Assembly: GCA_951406725.2 (NCBI GenBank) | Contig: OX597836.1 | Location: 30,876,001 to 30,940,000, forward strand | Source of the DNA: Octopus vulgaris | Lineage: Eukaryota | Reading direction: 5' to 3' | DNA length: 64,000 nucleotides | Part shown: piece after piece, positions 1 to 12,087 of the stretch | Layout of the letters: each line of letters opens with the position of its first letter | Numbering within the stretch: the stretch's first letter is position 1 | Notes under the pieces: generated by a model | Told to the model about the DNA's origin: nothing | What the model saw: only the letters and a program-made list of their open reading frames with translations | The model's database searches: none | Position numbers and translations under genes: made by a program

Positions 1-660
1 GCTGGCTTGAATAAAACCTCTCATTGTTTAGAATATACGTAATAATTTTGTTTTCCAATTGTAGGAAATAGAAGTGAAATTCTATGTGAAAAGTCATCAA
101 TAATATATTCAAGATGGAGTAGATTACAGGAAATATGTCTAATTTGATGTATATAATGTTTAGTTTTTATCTTCCTACTCTGTATTACATTACAGCTAAG
201 GCAGAGATAAGTCATTGGAATAATCTATTTTATTGTAACTATTGGCTAGTTATAATTATTGTGATTTACTTTATGTTGTTACTATACTGAAGATATGTCA
301 AGCTGTGTGATTTCGCAGACATGGTTCTGTGATAAAAAGTTTGCTCCCCAAACCATATGTGTTTTGGGTTCAGTCCCACTGCATGGCATCTTGGGCAAGT
401 GTTTTCAATTATAGCTGTGAGCCAGCTAAGCATCACTGTCATACAAGGGATGCTGTTCGTTTCTAGTCTTCTGTGTAAAACATGTTAGGCCATGGGAAAA
501 TTTTACCTTAATTGGAAACAAGTAAAGGTTTGGCAACAGGGAAGGCATCCAGCTGTAGAAAATCTGCCTCAACAAACACCATTTAACTTGTGTAAGCATG
601 GGAAAATAGACATTATAGCTAAGGCAAAGATAAGTTATTGAAATAATCTACTTTACTGTA

Positions 661-878
661 TGACGGGGTGCTGAAAAATTCCTGGCTTTAAGGGCATCAC
701 TAAAGGTCTGATTGGAGGTTCAATCTTCAGAGTTTTTTTTACAGGGCTTAGAAAAACTGAAGGACCGCTGCAATAAGTGTGTGAATCTGAGAGGTGAATA
801 CGTTGAATAAAATCATAATTAACTGATCCTCTTGTATTTTCTTTTACCCAAAGCCAGGAACTTTTCAGCAACCCCTTA
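661..878. mobile_element. mariner-type MITE
   Basis: TIRs tgacggggtgctgaaaaattcctggcttt / aaagccaggaacttttcagcaacccctta with TA TSD. The paralogous flank at ~199-314 shows the empty site (ttattgTAactattggc). Confidence 0.85.
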
Positions 879-1021
879 TAACTATTGGCTAGTTATAATT
901 ATTTCATGTTACTTGGCATTATTATAGTGAAGACATGTCAAGCTGTGTAATTTCCATTTAACCTGTACAAGCTTGGGAAAGTGGACATTAAGTGATGATG
1001 AAGACGATGATGATAATATTT

Positions 1022-1405
1022 AGAAGCACTCCGTCGGTTACGACGACGAGGGTTCCGGTTGATCCGAATCAACGGAACAGCCTGCTCGTGAAATTAACGT
1101 GTAAGTGGCTGAGCACTCCACAGACACATGTACCCTTAACGTAGTTCTCGGGGATATTCAGCGTGACACGGAGAGTGACAAGGCTGGCCCTTTGAAATAC
1201 AGGTACAACAGAAACAGGAAGTAAGAGTGAGAGAAAGTTGTGGTGAAAGAGTACAGCAGGGATCACCACCATCCCCTGCCGGAGCCTCGTGGAGCTTTAG
1301 GTGTTTTCGCTCAATAAACACTCATAACGCCCGGTCTGGGAATCGAAACCGCGATCCTATGACCGCGAGTCCGCTGCCCTAACCACTGGGCCATTGCACC
1401 TCCAC
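1022..1405 (-). mobile_element. tRNA-derived SINE, family A, full length
   Basis: A-box TGGCCCAGTGG and B-box GGTTTCGATTCC on the minus strand. Near-identical to 18380-18767 and 27928-28310. Flanking repeat gatgatgataa. Confidence 0.85.
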
Positions 1406-1439
1406 GATGATGATAACAGTTTGTTATAAAAGATTGTAG

Positions 1440-1690
1440 TTTAACTGTTTCGACACCAACTTCCCTGAGACTGACTCTAGTTCTCTGATTCAAAACCTCT
1501 GATACAAATGTTTTCATATTTAAATCAGAACTGTTCATCATGATTTCATGTGAAAAACCTTTTGTTGTGCTCAATGCAGCAGCTTACCAATAAAAAATTT
1601 ATTTCACTAAATTATTGATTATTTTTCAAAATTAATTGAAACACATGGACAGTGTATTTCATTACAAATACAATAATGAATGTGTTAATT
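1440..1690. mobile_element. degenerate TTAA-flanked MITE (piggyBac-like)
   Basis: TTAA at both ends. One end resembles the 3' end of the elements at ~10650-10715 and 44099-45066. Confidence 0.4.
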
Positions 1691-2164
1691 ATGTCTAGCT
1701 TTGGTTTCAGATAGTTCTGTATTGTGCTGAAGATATATTATGTTGCAGTTAATACAAAATTGTGGCTGACTAACATTTCATGTAATTCTATATTGCATCT
1801 AAAATGCATCAGGTTGCAGTAAAACTGTATTCTTAAAGAATTATGGTTTTCTGTAGTTCTATTGGGTGCAGCATATTCTTTTATTCTTTTACTTGTTTCA
1901 GTAATTTGACTGTGGCCATGCTGGAGCACCGCCTTGAAGGGTTTTAGTCAAACAAATTGATGCCAGGACTTATTATTTTTTTTTAAAGCCTAGTACTTAT
2001 TTTATCGGTCGCTTTTGCCAAACTGCTAAGTTGCGAGGATGTAAACACACTAACACCGGTTGTCAAGTGGAGATGGTGGTGGTGGTGGGGGGCAAACACA
2101 GACACTAAGGCACATACGCATAGATATATTCATATATCTCTGAACTTCATTTTATCTGTTAGGG

Positions 2165-2411
2165 GCATTCTTTTTCATTCTGTTCATTCTGTGCATTCTG
2201 TTCATTCTGTGCATTCTGTTCATTCTGTGCATTCTGTTCATTCTGTGCATTCTGTTCATTCTGTGCATTCTGTGCATTCTGTTCATCTGTGCATTCTGTT
2301 CATTCTGTGCATTCTGTTCATTCTGTTCATTCTGTGCATTCTGTTCATCTGTGCATTCTGTTCATTCTGTGCATTCTGTTCATTCTGTGCATTCTGTGCA
2401 TTCTGTTCATT
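2165..2411. repeat. 9-bp minisatellite (ATTCTGTGC/ATTCTGTTC)n
   Basis: Direct tandem repeat. It explains the HSVHSV ORF. Confidence 0.95.
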
Positions 2412-2425
2412 CAAAACTCATCTTA

Positions 2426-3900
2426 GAGATAAACAGGAACACCAATTAGAAATAATGTTAAAGCATCCTTCTCCACCCATAAGGGCTGGTTTCCCAGTTT
2501 CTGTGGCATATGTATATATTTACCATCCTGGACGGGACGCTGGTTTATCACAGGAGCAATGTGAAATGAAGTGTTTTGCTCAAGAGCACAATGTATCGCC
2601 CAGTCCAGGAATTGAAACTGCAATCTTATGATCATGAGTTGAACACCCTAACCATTAGACCACATGTCTCCAGGAATAATGTTGCATGAGATAAACAGGA
2701 GAAATATAAACTAGGAATAATATTAGAGCATCCTTCTCCAGTCTTTTGGTCTCATAAGGGCTGGTTTCCCGGTTTCTGTAGCATATATAATATGTATTTA
2801 CTCCCTGAACAGGATGCTGGTTCATTGCAGGATTATTCATTTTTACCAGCTTAGTAGACCTAAGCAACATGAAGTGAAGTATTTTGCTCAAGAATGTAAT
2901 GCATTGCCTAGTCCAGGAACTGAAACTGTAATCTTATGATCATGTGTTGAACACTATTACCATTAGGTCACACATCTCCAGGAATAATGCTGCACGAGAT
3001 AAACAGGAAGAATATCAGGAATGATAGAGCATCCTTCTTGAGTCCTATGGAATCATAAGTGCTGGCTTCCTGGTTTCTGTGGTGTATATATATTTACCCA
3101 CTGAATAGGATGCTGATTCATCCAGGATTACTCATTTTTGCCAGCTGAGTAGCTTGAAGCAACATGAAATGAAGTATTTTGCTGAAGAGCATAATGCATC
3201 GCCTAGTCCAGGAATTGAAACTGCAATCTTACGATCATGAGTCGAATACTTTTACCACTAGGCTACACACCTCCAGGAATAAAGCTGCATGCGATAAACT
3301 GAAGGAATATCAACTAAGAACAATGTTGCAGCAGATAAGCAGGAATAATATCAGGAATGATATTAGAGCATCCTTCTTGAGCCCTATGGAATCATAAGGG
3401 CTGCTTTCCTGGTTTCTGTGGTGTAGGCGGCGAGCTGGCAGAAACGTTAGTGCGCCGGGTGAAATGCATAGCCGTTTTTCGTCTGTCGTTAAGTTCTGAG
3501 TTCAAATTCCGCCGAGGTCGACTTTGCCTTTCATCCTCTTGGGGTCGATAAATAAAGTACCAGTTTCGCACTGGGTCGATGTAGTCAACTCAATCCCTTT
3601 GTCTGTCGTTGTTTGTCCCCTCTATGTTTAGCCCCTTGTGGGTAGTAAAGAAATATATATATTTACCCACTGAATAGGATGCTGATTCATCCAGGATTAC
3701 TCATTTTTGCCAGCTGAGTAGCTTGAAGCAACATGAAATGATGTATTTTGTGGATGTACATAATGCATTGCCTAGTCCAGGAATTGAAACTGCAATCTTA
3801 TGATCATGAGTCGAATACTTTTACCACTAGGCTACACACCTCTAGGAATAATAATATGCTGCATGAGATAAACAGAAGGAATATCCACTAAGAATAATGT
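2426..3900 (-). repeat. ~300-bp tandem array (4 units) of a family-D SINE plus flank
   Basis: Units restart at gagataaacagg (~2426, 2688, 2996, 3334, 3865). Each contains the SINE-D head (ccaggaattgaaactgcaatctt) and body. Confidence 0.8.
3425..3654 (+). mobile_element. SINE family B inserted in unit 4 of the array
   Basis: ggcggcgagctggcagaa...gagttcaaattcc...gcctttcatcc...aaagaaata. Absent from the sister units. Confidence 0.85.
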
Positions 3901-4484
3901 TGATTAAGAACTCATTTACTCCCTTGAAACATTGATATTTAAAACTAAAATGATGAATTTTCATACGATATTCTATCCCATCTGCGCTTGCATGTTTATT
4001 GTTTTTTAACATCCCTTGCTGCTTATCATCTCTCTTCATCTTTTACTGTTTCTATTGGCTTTGTTAGCTTTTATCTCACAATAATCTGTACTCCATGAAT
4101 AGCTATTTTCTTAATCATGGTATAAAGCAGGATTATTTTCAGTGCGTTTTATCAATTTAATATATGGGGTGTTATTATCTCCGTGACCAACTAAGCTAAT
4201 ACTGTCGTAGATTGTGCTGCTGTGTTTTTGTTATACCAAGTCTAACAATGTTCCGGAATAATGAGAAGATGGACAAATGGATAAGAACTGTGTCAGTGGA
4301 TATTCATGATTGTAAGATATACTTTAGGCACGTTGTTTTAACCATTCCCCAGCTCCTTCCTCCCCTGCTGCCGCCATGTTAGTTATGGAGCAAGTATTTA
4401 GTCAGGAATTATATTTAACGAGAAAAATCTAGTGAATGAGGAAGTTGAGCAGCATAAAGGATGAGATATATTAAACTTTGATGG

Positions 4485-4732
4485 AGGGGGGAATAAGAGG
4501 GGGGTGAGGAGAGAGCGGAGAGGAAGAAGGAGGGAGAGGGTGAGAGAGAGAAAGAGGGAGGGGAGGGGGAGGTGGAGGGGGAGAGAGTGGTGGAGGGGGA
4601 GAGTGAGGGAGGGGAGAGAGTGAGGGAGGGACAGGAAGAGAGGAAGTGAGAGGGATGGAGGAAAAGAGAGGGAGAGGAATAAGGAGAAAGAAAGGAGGAA
4701 AGGAGGGAGAGAATGAGAGAATGAGAGAAAGA

Positions 4733-4766
<34 letters not shown>

Positions 4767-4770
4767 CTGT
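4485..4770. repeat. polypurine G/A tract followed by (TG)n
   Basis: Almost pure purine strand with many G3-5 runs. Confidence 0.85.
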
Positions 4771-5329
4771 GTTGTTTGTTTTCTACTAAATTCAAGGACA
4801 CTTGGATATAAAACTATTGTGTTGAAATTTTTTTGCTTATTGTTCTCAAAAACTAATCAACAGAATATTAAATGTCTAAGGCATTTACCAGGCAACCTAC
4901 CAACAACCCAAAACACAACCAATCTAAAAAAAAAAATCCGAAACAATCAACGACAGCATGCTCCCAGAAAATTAGCAGACACATTCAAAAAGATGCATCA
5001 GGACAGACCTTTCAACAAAGTCCTACTCAGTGCCAATGACAACTCCATTGTAACCATGGAAATGACTGCATGCCAGGGATCATGTGACATCTGTCCATGC
5101 TGCCTGATGAAGAGACGTATTTAAATTAAGAGTTTCTGTGTGACATTCAGTACTTTGGTTTTCTTTTATTTAACTTAATTATCTTACATAATTATATAGG
5201 TGCAGATATGGCTGTGTGGCTAAGCAACCGTGTGGTTTCAGGTTCAGTCCTAATGCGTGACACCTCAGGCAAGTGTCTTCTGCTATAGCCCCAGGACTGA
5301 CTAATGCCTTGTAAGTGAATTTGGCAGAC

Positions 5330-5353
5330 AGTACGTATGTATGTATGTATCTA

Positions 5354-5406
<53 letters not shown>

Positions 5407-5551
5407 TTGTATGTATGTATGTACACACACATACACATATATGTATATATATATATATATATATACATATATACATACATACACACACACACACACATAT
5501 ATGTATATATATATATATACATACATACATCTATATATACATACATCTATG

Positions 5552-5582
<31 letters not shown>

Positions 5583-5690
5583 GCATACATCTATATATAT
5601 ATGTGTATATATGTGTGCATATATATATGTGTGTGTGTGTGTGTATATATATATATGTATATATATACATATATATGTATATACGCACAG
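5330..5690. repeat. compound (TG)/(TA)/(CA) microsatellite inside a SINE-C relic
   Basis: Follows the SINE-C head at ~5197-5330. Confidence 0.9.
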
Positions 5691-5893
5691 TCAAATCATC
5701 CAACCCATGCCAGCATGGAAAGCAGATGTTAAACTAACTGGAATTGAAAAGGGCATCCAACTGTAAAAACCATGTCAAAACAGACAATTGGAGCCTGGTG
5801 TAGCTCTCCAGCTTGCCAGCTCCTATGAAACCATCTAACCCATGCCAACATGAAAGTGGATGTTTGATGGTGATGATGATGATGATGGTGGTG

Positions 5894-5946
<53 letters not shown>

Positions 5947-5960
5947 GGTGGTGGTTTTGG

Positions 5961-5998
<38 letters not shown>

Positions 5999-6578
5999 AT
6001 GTGTGTATATGTGTCTGTGTGTTTTTGTCCCACTGCCATTGCTAGACAACTAATGTTGGTTTGTTTATGTCCCCGTAACACTTAGTAGTCCAGTAAAAAA
6101 GACTGAATTGTATAAGTACCAGACTTAAAAAAAACAATAATAATAAATGCCAGGATCGATTTGTTCGACTAAACTCTTCAAGGTGGTGCCCCAGCATGGC
6201 CACAGTCCAATGACTGAAACAAATAAAAGATAAGAGATGACTAAATGGACATAAGGTCCAATACTTTTATCTCATAACCAGCATCTCCCATGACTATAAC
6301 AGTGCAATATCAGATCAGCAGTATTTTCTGTAACAGTGAGTCGGCAATGCAGTACTTACACAACTAATGGATGAACAATATAATAACTTCTTTAATGGTA
6401 CAACAGTTTAACTAACACATATCAGAAATTGTGCATCAATGCAATAATTGAGCAGTAAATACTGCAGCCAGTGCTGTAAAACTGCATCAGTATTGCAGTA
6501 GAGGTACACACCGACTTTCCAGACAACTATGGTCTGGAACCTCTTATAATCGGCACTAATTTATGAGCAGGAACTTCA

Positions 6579-6942
6579 GTGGAGGCGCAATGGCCCAGTG
6601 GTTAGGGCAGCAGACACGAGGTCGGAGAATCGTGGTTTCGATTCCCAGACCGGGCGTTGTGTGTGTTTATTGAGCGAAAACACCTAAAGCTCCACGATGC
6701 TCCGGCAGAGGGTGGTGGCGACCCCTGTTGTACTCTGTCGCCCCAACTTTCTCTCACTCTTTCTTCCTGTTTCTTGTCCCCGACTTCCTATGCAAACGCT
6801 GGGCCTGGATGCGCATTCATCCATCCGTCGATGCTCTCGGTGTCGGGGGCTTGACCTGCTTTCTCTTCGAATAGCAAAGGGCCACGTTTTGGACTGCTCG
6901 GACCGGACTGCTTGGACCGGACCGCTCAACAGCAATAGCAAC
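6579..6942 (+). mobile_element. SINE with family-A head and a different CpG-rich tail
   Basis: 13-bp TSD agcaggaacttca (6566-6578, 6943-6955), A/B boxes, (CAR)n-like tail. Confidence 0.85.
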
Positions 6943-8562
6943 AGCAGGAACTTCAAATTCCTGTGACTGCCAGACTAGTTTACTGGGTAGCCCTATTTCA
7001 TAGTGCCTTGCACAGTACAGTTTTAATAAACTTGTATCACTTACGCTCACCCTGGTCCCTCTTACAACCTTTCTTTACCTTGTGGAATGATCTCCTGTAA
7101 AGACATCAGAATCTAAGTTTGAATCTTTTGACCACTACTATGTGTCTTCTATACGGAGAATCTCTGGTTCTCAAATGTAACTATACATGTATGTGTTCAT
7201 ATGTGCATATATGTATACAATCCTGTCCTCACTGCCCTGCTCACTGTATCAGCGCTATCCCATAGTCCCCACTCTATACACCCAGGTTTTCATCAGTCAC
7301 TGCATTCTCCACACTCAGTGCATCCATGTGAGGTCTCTACTCCCTACTCATGCTTCTTTGACAATACCCTGCCACTTATATTATGACCTCTGGAGAATAT
7401 ACCCTGGCTCTTGTTATCTTCTTCTTCCTTTACTCTACCATACCATTTATATTCTGATCCCTGTTCCTTGTGAGTATACCCTGGCACTTTGCCACCATCT
7501 CTCTCCCACTCTCTCTTGCACTCTTGCTGTCTCCCACTACCTCTCTCTCTCTCTTGCTTTTCTCTCTGGGGGGGTAACCACATATCTCTTCTACAGCAGT
7601 GCACCTATTTCTCTCCTCATTCTCTCTCTCTCTTTATTCCTCTCTAACCTCCCCCTCTCTCTGGACAGGTAACCGTGTACCTCCTTTACAGCAAGGCACC
7701 TGTTTCTGTCTGTCTGTCACACTCTAACCTTTCATCATCTAACACAAGACCACCTCCCCCAATGCCCCCTCTCCTCTCAAAAAGATCTTTGTCTTGCAAG
7801 TTACTTGGTGATCTTGCCAGTGCCGGAGCCACATAAAAAGCACCCAGTCCATAATGCTAAGTGGTTGGCATTTGGAAGGGCATGCAGCTGTAAAAAACAT
7901 GCCAAAACTGACCTTGCCTGTGCTGGTGCCATGTAAAAAGCACTGAGTCCACTCTGCAGAGTGATTGATATTTCGAAGGGCGTCCAGCTGTGAAAAACCC
8001 TGCCAAAATAGACACAGAAGTCCTGTCAAACCGTCCAACCCACACCAGCATGGAAGGCGGACATTAAATGATGGTGGTTATATATAATGATGGTGGTAGA
8101 CTCTCCCGTCGAAGACGACATATGAGTGTTTAGTTTTTGCCGAACGACCTGCACAAAGGATTTGTTTATAATGATCAAATGTTCATGCCACACATTAGCT
8201 CACTGCTGCCATCAAATCGATGTTGTCTGAACAAGTGCATGGTGTACTACTTGTTGGGTTTCAAAGTGATCACAGAGCAAGATGAGATGAAGTACTTTGC
8301 TCAAGAACTCAATGCATCACTTGATCTAGGGATAGTAGTAGTTGTAGTAGAAATATTGCAGCATCTGTACCATAACAATGCATTAATGTAAGCAACAACA
8401 GCAGTGCCTTAATAATTTGGCAACGACAGCTGTTTATAGTGCAGTGGTACTGTAACAGTGCATTTCTTGTGCAATAGAAACGCAGTGGTAATCTATAGTA
8501 CTGTAACACTCCAGCAGCAGCAGCAGCAGAATAATAATAATTTACAATGCAGAAAGCATGAT

Positions 8563-8980
8563 GGAGCAGGAGTGGCTGTGTGGTAAGTAGCTTGCTTACC
8601 AACCACATGGTTCCGGGTTCAGTCCCACTGTGTGGCACCTTGGGCAAGTGTCTTCTACTATAGCCTCGGGCCAACCAAAGCCTTGTGAGTGGATTTGGTA
8701 GATGGAAACTGAAAGAAGTCCGTCGTATATATGTATATGTATATATATGTATGTGTGCGTGTATGTTTGTGTGTCTGTGTTTGTCCCCCTAGCATTGCTT
8801 GACAACCGATGCTGGTGTGTTTACGGCCCCGTCACTTAGCGGTTCGGCAAAAGAGACCGATAGAATAAGTACTGGGCTTACAAAGAATAAGTCCCGGGGT
8901 CGAGTTGCTCGACTAAAGGCGGTGCTCCAGCATGGCCGCAGTCATATGATTGAAACAAGTAAAAGAGTAAAAGAATAAAG
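8563..8980 (+). mobile_element. SINE family C, full length
   Basis: tRNA-like head, CORE-like ccttgggcaagtgtctt, internal microsatellite, tail ggcggtgctccagcatggcc...gtaaaagag. Confidence 0.85.
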
Positions 8981-9689
8981 AGTGTGCAGAGACAATGCAA
9001 TATATCGGAGCAGCGATGGTGCTGTAATAGAGCAGTAACGAGAATTGTAACAGTTCAATGTCAGGAGAACAAAGAGCAGTCAGAGAACCATATCTCACAT
9101 TACTGCTATCAACTTGACACTGAGCGTAATCAAAGGGAAATATTGCCCGGCCGAATTGTAAATACTTTAAGCGTACTAATCTACAGGTATTATAGATTAA
9201 TGTATTCATACCTGTTTGAGATTAGATCATATCACAGAGAACGCCGCCGAAGTCAATTTTAAATGATATGATTGATTTTTGTTTCGTTTTATGTACTTTA
9301 ATTAATAAAGCTGTTAATTATTCAGTGCTGTCGAGAACATAGACGCTCATATCATTTTCATAAATTACCATAATATAAATGTTTAGCTCTTCTAACGTTT
9401 GGTTTTATTTCGTCAGATGTAATGCTTATTGCTTTTTTATTCACGTTGTTTTGAATCAATCGTGCATTATTTCATAGCTTTGAGATTTTGATGATATCAC
9501 CACCGTCGTCATTGTTGCATGTCTATTTTCCATGCTGGCATGAGTCGGACGGCTTGATAGCAGCTGGAAAGGCCAGGAGCTGCAACAGGTCCCATAGTCT
9601 GTTTTGGTTTGGTTTCTGCAGGCTGGATGTCTTTTCTAATGCCAATCACTTTACAGAGTGTACTAGGTGCATTTTATGTGGCACTAGAA

Positions 9690-10245
9690 CTAGTGTGTTT
9701 TATGTGGAGCCATTATCAGTGCATTTTACTTGGCACCATCACCAGTACTTTTTACATAGCACCACTACTAGTGCCTTTTATATGACACCATCGCCAGTAC
9801 TTTTTATGTGGCACCATCACCAGTGCTTCTTACGTGACACTATCACCAGTGCTTTTTGCATGACACCATCACCAGTGCTTTTTACGTGGCACTATCACCA
9901 GTGCTTTTTACGTGGCACCATCACCAGTGCTTTTTACGTGGCACCATCACCAGTACTTTTTACATGGCTCCATCACCAGTGCTTTTTATGTGGCACCATC
10001 ACCAGTACTTTTTACATGGCTCCATCACCAGTGCGTTTTACGTGGCACCATCACCAGTGCTTTTTACGTGGCTCCACCACCAGTGCTTTAATGTGGCTCC
10101 ATCACCAGTGCTTTTTACGTGGTACCACCACCAGGACTTTTTACGTGGCACCATCACCAGTGCTTTTTATGTGGCACCATCACCAGTACTTTTTACGTGG
10201 CACCATCACCAGTACTTTTTACATAGCACCACTACTAGTGCCTTT
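9690..10245. repeat. 26-bp minisatellite (tggcaccatcaccagtgctttttacg)n, ~20 copies
   Basis: Direct tandem repeat continuous with a minus-strand RTE-type tail at ~9505-9690. Confidence 0.9.
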
Positions 10246-10467
10246 TATATAACATTAAATAAGCTATATCACATTGTCCTAGTGTCCTATTTATAGGACA
10301 CCAAATATTTCCATTTCTACTTGAAGTAAAAGTTTTAAAAATTGATTTTTTTCATTTTAACCTATTTTCAATCATCTGTAACAATTTAAAAGTAATATTC
10401 AGAAATTTGGGTTAAACCTGTTGTTTGGGACATCAATAAACATGAAATTTTGATGGGAGATTTTAAT

Positions 10468-10640
10468 TTAATCCTTTACAATTCAGATTATCTTGTAGCT
10501 TTGAGATTTCAATGATGTGATTCTATATTTTTAGAATGACATTGTAGGAGAGGTGTAAGAGATCAGATCTGGTCAGTTTGGACATAAAACAGTTAGAATA
10601 TTTAGGCCGGATGTGGCTAGTTTAAATCCTAATGGGTTAA
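10468..10640. mobile_element. piggyBac-like MITE nested in another MITE
   Basis: ttaatccttta...taatgggttaa. Same family as 42780-43005, 45151-45894, 49785-50402, 57728-58087 and 62912-63140. Confidence 0.65.
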
Positions 10641-10794
10641 ATTATTTTAAAGCAAGATGTTTGAATCATAGAACCAGGGGCAGTCTTAGGTAGGTTGGTA
10701 TCAAAAAGGTTTTAAGACGGTGACAGGTGATTTGTAGATGATTTGGCTGCTATATCTAGCTGGTCGAACAACCACATACACCCTAATTCTCACA

Positions 10795-11378
10795 TCGTTG
10801 TAGTGGTAGTGGTGGTGATGGTGGTGGCGGCAATGGTTGTAGGTGGTGGTGGCAGCGATGATGGTGGTGATGGTGGTGGTGGTGGTGGTAGTGGCAATGG
10901 TAATAATGATGGTGGTGGTGATGGTAATGGTGGTGGTAGTGGCAGCGATGGGGGTGGTGATGGTGGTGGTGGTCGTCGTGATGGTGATGATTGTGGTGGT
11001 GGTGATGGTGGTGTTGTTGTTGGTGGTGATGGTGGTGATGGTGGTGGTGGTGATGATGGTGATGGTGGTGATGGTTATGGTGGTGGTGGTGATGGTAGTG
11101 GTAGCGATGGTGGTGATGGTTGTGGTGGTGATGGTGATGGTGATGGCAACGATTACAGTGGTTGTAGAAACAACAATGCTGCTGCTACTGCTACTGCTGC
11201 TGAAGATGATGGTTGTGGCGGTGGTGGTGGTGGTGGTAACGGGAACAATAATGGCAGTAGTGGCCACAACAACTACCGCCATGACAATGATGACGACATC
11301 GATGATGATGATGATGATGACGATATCGATAATGATGACGACGACAACGACGACATCGACGACGATGCTGATGATGAA
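10795..11378. repeat. compound trinucleotide array (GGT/GAT/GAC)n
   Basis: Low-complexity triplet repeat. Confidence 0.95.
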
Positions 11379-11679
11379 TTATTCCAGCAGAGGTTAGAAA
11401 AAGAGATTCCTATCTTGATGTATGGATTTCTATCAGGACAAAAATCCATACATCGCTCTTTTTGCTGTCTATGTTCCTCCATAGCATGTCTTCTTGCGGT
11501 GTTTAGTTTCACTAAACACTTTTATTGTTTAACTCTATACACTACTGATATTATTTATTTATTGTTGTTGCGGTTGTTGTTTAATCTCCTCCAGCTCAGC
11601 CCTGACTCAGCTGTGAGGCGGTCATGCGATCGAACATGTTCCGGCTGTGACCATCCTGCCTGTTATGCAGCACATATGT

Positions 11680-12087
11680 TCTTTTATTCTTTCACTTGTT
11701 TTCAGTCATTTGACTGTGGCCATGCTGGAGCACCGCCTTTAGTAGTTGCAAATCGACCCCATGACTTATTCTTTGTAAGCCTGGTACTTATTCTATCGGT
11801 CTATCTTGCCGAACCTCTAAGTGATGGGGACATAAACACACCACCATCGGTTGTCAAGAGATGTTGGGGGGATAAACACAGACACACAAACATATACATA
11901 CCCCCCCCCACACGTATATATACGATGGGCTTCTTTCAGTTTCCGTCTACCAAATTCACTCACAAGGCTTTGGTCGGCCTGAGGCTATAGTAGAAGACAC
12001 TTGCCCAAGGTGCTACATGCAATGGGACTGAACCCGGAACCATGTGGTTGGCAAGCAAGCTACTTACCACACAGCCACTCCTATGCC
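11680..12087 (-). mobile_element. SINE family C, full length
   Basis: Reverse complement of 8563-8980. Confidence 0.85.

Noticed and set aside
1069-1321. Recurrent ORFs MVVIPAVLFHH / MFIERKHLKLH
   Set aside because: They recur only because they lie in SINE-A copies.
9488-10296. Repetitive 254-aa and 146-aa ORFs
   Set aside because: Translations of the 26-bp minisatellite cycling through frames.
10743-11990. 415-aa Gly/Asp-rich ORF
   Set aside because: It is a stop-free triplet array running into an antisense SINE-C, open in several frames, with no domain.
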